Below are positions 59,260 through 64,000 of a stretch of DNA of 64,000 bases, one piece after another. The translations under genes and the position numbers were made by a program. Numbering within the stretch: position 1 is the first letter of the stretch; the number at the start of each line of letters is the position of its first letter. The stretch is from the IMG/VR virus record IMGVR_UViG_3300046542_000227, positions 62,001 through 126,000 of that record; one strand, given 5' to 3'. A model generated the notes under the pieces. It worked only from the letters and a program-made list of their open reading frames with translations, ran no database searches and was not told the DNA's origin.

Positions 59260-59655
59260 ATGCAAGACGATGACGATGCAGTAGTTGTAGATCCGGAACT
59301 CGAAATGGAGGACCGTGAGGAAGAGGACGATGAGGAAACCACTGAAGCAGATCGCACGATCGAAGAGCAACAGCGCGAACTGATCGAAGGCATTCAGCAC
59401 ATCATCGAACCTCTGATCGAAGCCAACCCGGAACACCGGCCGTCCATCGAGTCAACTGCTGAGGGTATCCTCGGGTTGATCGAGGGTAATGGTCGTGACG
59501 AGGGCTACATTCTCGTTAAGCGTACCGACGCCGACATGGCCGTAGTGCCGTGTACCCGTGCTGTTTACGAAGAACATTTGCGTGACTTCGTAACCCCGGA
59601 AGGCCTGGACATCTCGGTAGGTCTGTTGTCGATCTTCGACGACGTCAATAGCTAA
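59260..59655 (+). CDS. DIN-motif family protein with acidic N-terminus (ends FDDVNS)
   Basis: GGAG RBS; GILGLIEG...EGYILV...DISVGL. Confidence 0.75.
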   Translation: MQDDDDAVVVDPELEMEDREEEDDEETTEADRTIEEQQRELIEGIQHIIEPLIEANPEHRPSIESTAEGILGLIEGNGRDEGYILVKRTDADMAVVPCTRAVYEEHLRDFVTPEGLDISVGLLSIFDDVNS

Positions 59656-59658
59656 GCC

Positions 59659-59695
59659 GGCATAAGCCCTCCCCTTCGGGGGAGGGACTATGTCC
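59659..59695 (+). terminator. Terminator-like hairpin with CATAA/TATG flanks
   Basis: ccctcccc-ttcg-ggggaggg. Confidence 0.7.
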
Positions 59696-59710
59696 TTTTA
59701 AGGAAAAAAG

Positions 59711-60322
59711 ATGAGCACTAGTGTATATCCCGTAGTGGGACGACTCAAGAATCGGTCAATGCGCCTTGAGTATAAACAGGAGGGCGATGTACTTGGCCTG
59801 ACTGGGTTGGCACCAGATGCCTTTGAATTCATGTACCCTGACTCGCATGGCCCTAAAGATGATACTAACATCTTTACCCATGTGTACGACAACTACCCGC
59901 TGTTCGCATGGCTGGCTGATGTTCGTGGTGATAGTCAACCAACCGCTGGTCTGAAAGAACGACATGAGCGTACACTGCAGTTCATTGACTGGATTGGTAA
60001 TGACCCGGGGGTTAGTTACGTTGATCCGACTCAGAACAAGAACCCCAAAGAAAGCATGTACGAGCATTACTTCGAGGGTTGGCGCAATCTGGTCATGTAT
60101 ACCGTCGATGAATTACTTGCCTTCAACTACGACGCCGTGGCATACGTCCAAAAAGGGTATGACGAACAGCACAACCATACCTACGCGCCACACCCGGAAT
60201 TATTAACGTGGCGTGAATGTTTCGAAGGACGTAACGATAACGGCTGTACCAAAGGCTACTTCGAGTTCTTGGCTGAAACAAAGGCTAAGGGTTGGGACTT
60301 CATCATCTTCGCATTTGACTGA
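59711..60322 (+). CDS. Hypothetical phage protein
   Basis: NY.LFA.LADVR and ELLAFNYD motifs. Confidence 0.7.
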   Translation: MSTSVYPVVGRLKNRSMRLEYKQEGDVLGLTGLAPDAFEFMYPDSHGPKDDTNIFTHVYDNYPLFAWLADVRGDSQPTAGLKERHERTLQFIDWIGNDPGVSYVDPTQNKNPKESMYEHYFEGWRNLVMYTVDELLAFNYDAVAYVQKGYDEQHNHTYAPHPELLTWRECFEGRNDNGCTKGYFEFLAETKAKGWDFIIFAFD

Positions 60323-60331
60323 GTAGACAAC

Positions 60332-60901
60332 ATGAACCGCGACACCATTTACATTGTAATCACTACCAACATGTACATTCATCGTAAACTGTTGGCTATG
60401 TTTACCCGAGCACTTAAACCGTTTGAACTGGAAGTCGAGGCCGCCCGTACGCCGCAAATACCGACCTACGCCAGCAGCTACTTCAACCGTGACACGCTGA
60501 AGGTCGTGATCAGCGAACACATGTCGCAATATCCGCTCCGTATGGAACCGGATCACCCACAACCGGCGCATCGGATTATCCCTCCGGTACCTGATACCCC
60601 TTTTACCGACCACGTAAACATTGCCGTAATCGGTAGTGTGCACAGCGGCAAGACCTCGGTACAGGAACTGTTGCAAAATACCCTGCTGGCTAATGGTATC
60701 CCTGTCGACAATATCCTTCTGCATAGCCTGGATCACGGTATCGGGCCACGACTGTTGTCACTGGAAGAACAAGCCGACTGTATTCGCAAGATGCCAGCAC
60801 GCAAGATCATGTTCCTGTTCCAGAGCCCAAAACGGGCTACCGATGCTTCGGCATTGATGGAACGTTGTGGTGTACGTAAGACCGTACCAGAACAAACCTG
60901 A
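60332..60901 (+). CDS. Protein with P-loop-like motif
   Basis: IAVIGSVHSGKTS. Confidence 0.6.
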   Translation: MNRDTIYIVITTNMYIHRKLLAMFTRALKPFELEVEAARTPQIPTYASSYFNRDTLKVVISEHMSQYPLRMEPDHPQPAHRIIPPVPDTPFTDHVNIAVIGSVHSGKTSVQELLQNTLLANGIPVDNILLHSLDHGIGPRLLSLEEQADCIRKMPARKIMFLFQSPKRATDASALMERCGVRKTVPEQT

Positions 60902-60904
60902 CAT

Positions 60905-60913
60905 CTATATCAC
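60905..60913 (+). promoter_or_regulatory. Putative early promoter motif CTATATCAC
   Basis: Intergenic motif copy. Confidence 0.6.
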
Positions 60914-60942
60914 CCAATTGAATTCTAACGAGTAAAACACAC

Positions 60943-61233
60943 ATGGCACGCCAAACTAACAATGAGCTGGTCCGTATGCCCGGCTTCTTCTACTACCCTT
61001 CTGACAAAGAAGGTCTCGAATTCCTGACCATGGAACAACGTATTGAGATCATGGCTAACCAAGGTAACTACACCATGGTTGGTATGTTGGTCCCACACGA
61101 ATCCAGTCCGTTCTACGTGGACCTCCACTGCAACCTCGACAATGGTCGCATCCCAACTCACCGTCGCCCTGACGCCGTTATCCCGTCTTACGGTAACGTA
61201 CCCTTCGATCTACGTGAGGTTCTCGCTACATGA
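60943..61233 (+). CDS. Hypothetical protein
   Basis: Phage-like codons. Confidence 0.65.
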   Translation: MARQTNNELVRMPGFFYYPSDKEGLEFLTMEQRIEIMANQGNYTMVGMLVPHESSPFYVDLHCNLDNGRIPTHRRPDAVIPSYGNVPFDLREVLAT

Positions 61234-61640
61234 GAAAGCAGAAGTTCTATTTCGGTAAGCGCAAGGTTAATCACATCGATGGCAAGATCGCCAGTCAGTG
61301 GGCGGTGCCTACACTGTTGCGTGAATACTTCATCCTGCGTCAGCGTCTGCGCATGATGTTCTTCAGCATGAAGATCGCCATGAACTCTCGTGTCGGTCTG
61401 GGTACCAACACCAATGCCACGTACGGCATGATGGGTGGTGCTAGAAAGATCCTCACTCCAGCGGAAGCTGAGGTGATTCCGGACGAGTCGAAAGACTACT
61501 ACACCGGTTGCATGCTCCACCGACGTAAGATCGCCAAGGCGTTGGACCGTCGTACTACTTACTCGTTCCAGCGTTTGCGGGCGGTCTTCACTGACGCCAA
61601 ATATTTCATGGATCCTCAAGTTCAGGAAGCAACAGCATGA
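61230..61640 (+). CDS. Hypothetical basic protein
   Basis: ATGA overlap. Confidence 0.65.
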   Translation: MRKQKFYFGKRKVNHIDGKIASQWAVPTLLREYFILRQRLRMMFFSMKIAMNSRVGLGTNTNATYGMMGGARKILTPAEAEVIPDESKDYYTGCMLHRRKIAKALDRRTTYSFQRLRAVFTDAKYFMDPQVQEATA

Positions 61641-62245
61641 CAACGATTGCATTTGATGGTGTAACCCTGGCAGCAGACAGTCAGTCCACGCGCCAACTCC
61701 CCAGTAAAGACAAATGCATGTCGTGCGATGTTGAACTGACCGGCACCAAGCGTGACGTCACCAAGGTCAACTACTACCCACGGCTGACCATCACCTTTCA
61801 AGGCGAACCTGTTATTGCCTGGGCTGGTGCCGGTAATGCTCCGCTGATCGAGATGTTCAGTGAAGGGTTGCGCCAAGGTGTCGAGATCAAAGCGATCGGC
61901 AAGATGGCCGCTAAGGTCAATGCTGAACGTATGACCCAGCCGACTATGACCATGTTGGTTGTAACTGCATTTACCTGCTACGAAGTCCAGTACCATTTCC
62001 GGATGGGTGCGCAGGTGAAAGAAATCACCAAGTTTCCCTATTCCATAGGGTCAGGTTCGAAGGCAGCACTATTGGCAATGAAGCGCTTGGGCTTTACTGC
62101 CCCAGCCGCTGTTGCTTGTGGCATAGACGTAGACCCGCACTCTGGCGGAGAAGTGTGCTATGTAAACTGCCGCGGTAAGGCGAAGGAACGCGAGCTATTG
62201 CGTTATACCTACAGTCCTGCCGATATAGACGAATTGTTCGAATAA
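61637..62245 (+). CDS. HslV/proteasome-like Ntn peptidase
   Basis: N-terminal MTTIA..G..LAADS, AGAG, SIGSGS..A, D..SGG. Confidence 0.75.
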   Translation: MTTIAFDGVTLAADSQSTRQLPSKDKCMSCDVELTGTKRDVTKVNYYPRLTITFQGEPVIAWAGAGNAPLIEMFSEGLRQGVEIKAIGKMAAKVNAERMTQPTMTMLVVTAFTCYEVQYHFRMGAQVKEITKFPYSIGSGSKAALLAMKRLGFTAPAAVACGIDVDPHSGGEVCYVNCRGKAKERELLRYTYSPADIDELFE

Positions 62246-62305
62246 CCCTACCCCTCCCGCCGTTGGGAGGGGTTTATTCCGTCATCTCCTTATAAGGAAA
62301 AACCC

Positions 62306-63109
62306 ATGAATACGCAAGCAGCTGCCTTCCTCGGTACCTACGGTTCTTACTATCAATCCGTGTGTGACGACGTGCAGATCGCGTTGGGTAATGTGAACGC
62401 CCAAGCCCTGTTCGATTCCATCGTTGTTAAAGAATGCCTGACCAGTACTGAGCTGGATGCGGCCATCCATAGCCTGCGTGATCTGGTACCGGGTCTGGGT
62501 TATAGCCAGGGTCAGAATCACATCTTCCGTGTCCTGGGCTACCGTAGCTGTGGTCTGGCTTTCGAGATCCGTAAGGTCTGGTCGTCGGTCTGGCAACACA
62601 AGGAGCTGTCCCACCCTAACCTGTGGCATCAGTTCCTTTACGTCAACATGACCGATTCGGTATTCGGTTCCCGTGACTACAGCAAAGACCAGTGGAGCCT
62701 GCACTACATCGAGTTCCTGTTTGAACCGTTGTTGCGTGGGTTGATCCAGTACGAAGACCAAGTCCCTGAGGTATTGGCCAATACGTTCCTGACCATGCTG
62801 AACATCTCGCAACAGAAGACAATGAGCATGCCTATGGTGCGCACTCTGGCCGATCAGATCGAACATGAGATGAACGGTACCGTTCGGCACACCACGGCCA
62901 TGAACCTCGTTGCAGTGGCTCTGGGCTACAAGACCTGGCCTGCGATGTTGGAATGCTGCCATGACTCCACCATCAACAACCGTCGTCACCCAAGTCGCTT
63001 CGGCATTGCCCGCTGGATCGTAGAACCACCACTGAACGGTGACCTCTCTGCGTTGAAAGCAGCTGGCATGATCGACGCTATTGGTAGTTACCCAACTGCC
63101 CGCGAGTGA
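62306..63109 (+). CDS. Hypothetical protein
   Basis: TAAGGA RBS; H..A.NLVA.ALGY.TW motif. Confidence 0.7.
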   Translation: MNTQAAAFLGTYGSYYQSVCDDVQIALGNVNAQALFDSIVVKECLTSTELDAAIHSLRDLVPGLGYSQGQNHIFRVLGYRSCGLAFEIRKVWSSVWQHKELSHPNLWHQFLYVNMTDSVFGSRDYSKDQWSLHYIEFLFEPLLRGLIQYEDQVPEVLANTFLTMLNISQQKTMSMPMVRTLADQIEHEMNGTVRHTTAMNLVAVALGYKTWPAMLECCHDSTINNRRHPSRFGIARWIVEPPLNGDLSALKAAGMIDAIGSYPTARE

Positions 63110-63188
63110 AAGAAATACCCCCCAAGGTATAGTGTGTAGAAATACCACTTCCCAATAAAACCCCAACCAAAAGAAAAAGGATTACCCC

Positions 63189-63458
63189 ATGACCATCTCC
63201 GCCATCGCATCCAGCATCAAAGCCTCCGTAGCCGCAGAACTGGCTAACGTACAACTCCCGGAAGGCGTTGAAGTATCGGCCGAAGTGCAACAGTCCATCG
63301 CCGACGCTGGTGTTCGCGGTACTCTGAACGCCATCGGCGAACTGAACAATGCCAATGTCGTCTACATCAGCGGTTCGGTTGAAGAAGGCAACGACGACGT
63401 CGCCAGCTTCTCCCCATCCGAAATCCTGGGCGAGCTGTTCGGTTCCGTGAACTCGTAA
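63189..63458 (+). CDS. DIN-motif family protein (ends FGSVNS)
   Basis: AGVRGTLNAIGELN resembles 54646. Confidence 0.75.
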   Translation: MTISAIASSIKASVAAELANVQLPEGVEVSAEVQQSIADAGVRGTLNAIGELNNANVVYISGSVEEGNDDVASFSPSEILGELFGSVNS

Positions 63459-63607
63459 TACCTGCTCGGCCTGCGCCAGACTAGAGGAGCCTTCGGGCTC
63501 CTCTATGTCCGTCTACTGGTTTTATTTTTTACCTGCTGGAATGAGTGTACATGTACAATCCGGTAAACATTACTCGTGATAAACCACAAACCACCGTAGG
63601 TGATCAA

Positions 63608-64000
63608 ATGGATACGACGACTACTGCAGCACAAACCGAAGAACATACCGCCACTCCAGGCGATGTCAATAACAACTGGAACCTGCGTGACGTGTTTGTC
63701 AACATGACCGTTGACGACTATGACGCAGCTTTCAAGAAGGGTTTCAAAGGGACTCAGGAAGAATGGGTTGAGTTCCTCGAAGGGATCACCCATCCGGTAG
63801 ACCCAGAAGCTATCGCAGCCTCGATTCCAGCCATGGAAGAGCTGCCGACACAAGTCAGTGACCGTGCGGTAGAGAAAGCGGCTACAAAGGCCGCTAAGGC
63901 CGCCGTGCAATATCGGACCGGTCCGTTCATCCGACTGATCATGTACATGACTGCAGCTTTCATGTTCCTGGTAACGGCAATGGGTGGGGCTGTGGCTTAC
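63608..64000 (+). CDS. Membrane protein, truncated by window end
   Basis: AGGTG RBS; YDAAFKKGFKGTQEEW motif; hydrophobic helix; no stop in window. Confidence 0.65.
   Translation, partial: MDTTTTAAQTEEHTATPGDVNNNWNLRDVFVNMTVDDYDAAFKKGFKGTQEEWVEFLEGITHPVDPEAIAASIPAMEELPTQVSDRAVEKAATKAAKAAVQYRTGPFIRLIMYMTAAFMFLVTAMGGAVAY

Overview
This window is a segment of a phiKZ-like (nucleus-forming-type) jumbo phage genome. The host is probably Pseudomonas, inferred from gene order and content. Recognisable genes: a large tail protein with a C-terminal lytic transglycosylase (phiKZ gp181-like, truncated at the left edge), its structural neighbour, a Tad1/Acb2-type anti-defence sponge, tmk, three tRNAs, a DEDD exonuclease, a reverse-strand tail/receptor-binding protein, GIY-YIG and HNH free-standing homing endonucleases, an SF2 helicase, dcd, DHH, NUDIX-like and HD hydrolases, an SspB-like adaptor, thyA and an HslV-like peptidase. 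Many hypothetical genes lie behind repeated CTATATCAC promoter motifs. The most unusual signals are: (1) ten scattered proteins ending in a shared terminal motif [FY]-x-x-[IV]-N-[STDN]-stop (e.g. FDDINS), nine of them with a related helical domain that stands alone or is fused to other domains; (2) two large, apparently non-coding and extensively base-paired RNAs (about 16830-17303 and 52344-52990); (3) a small RNA-like element with a 15-nt perfect complement of the 16S rRNA 3' end; (4) a switch-like 5' leader and a tRNA-like element. All calls were made by eye; no database searches or folding programs were run.
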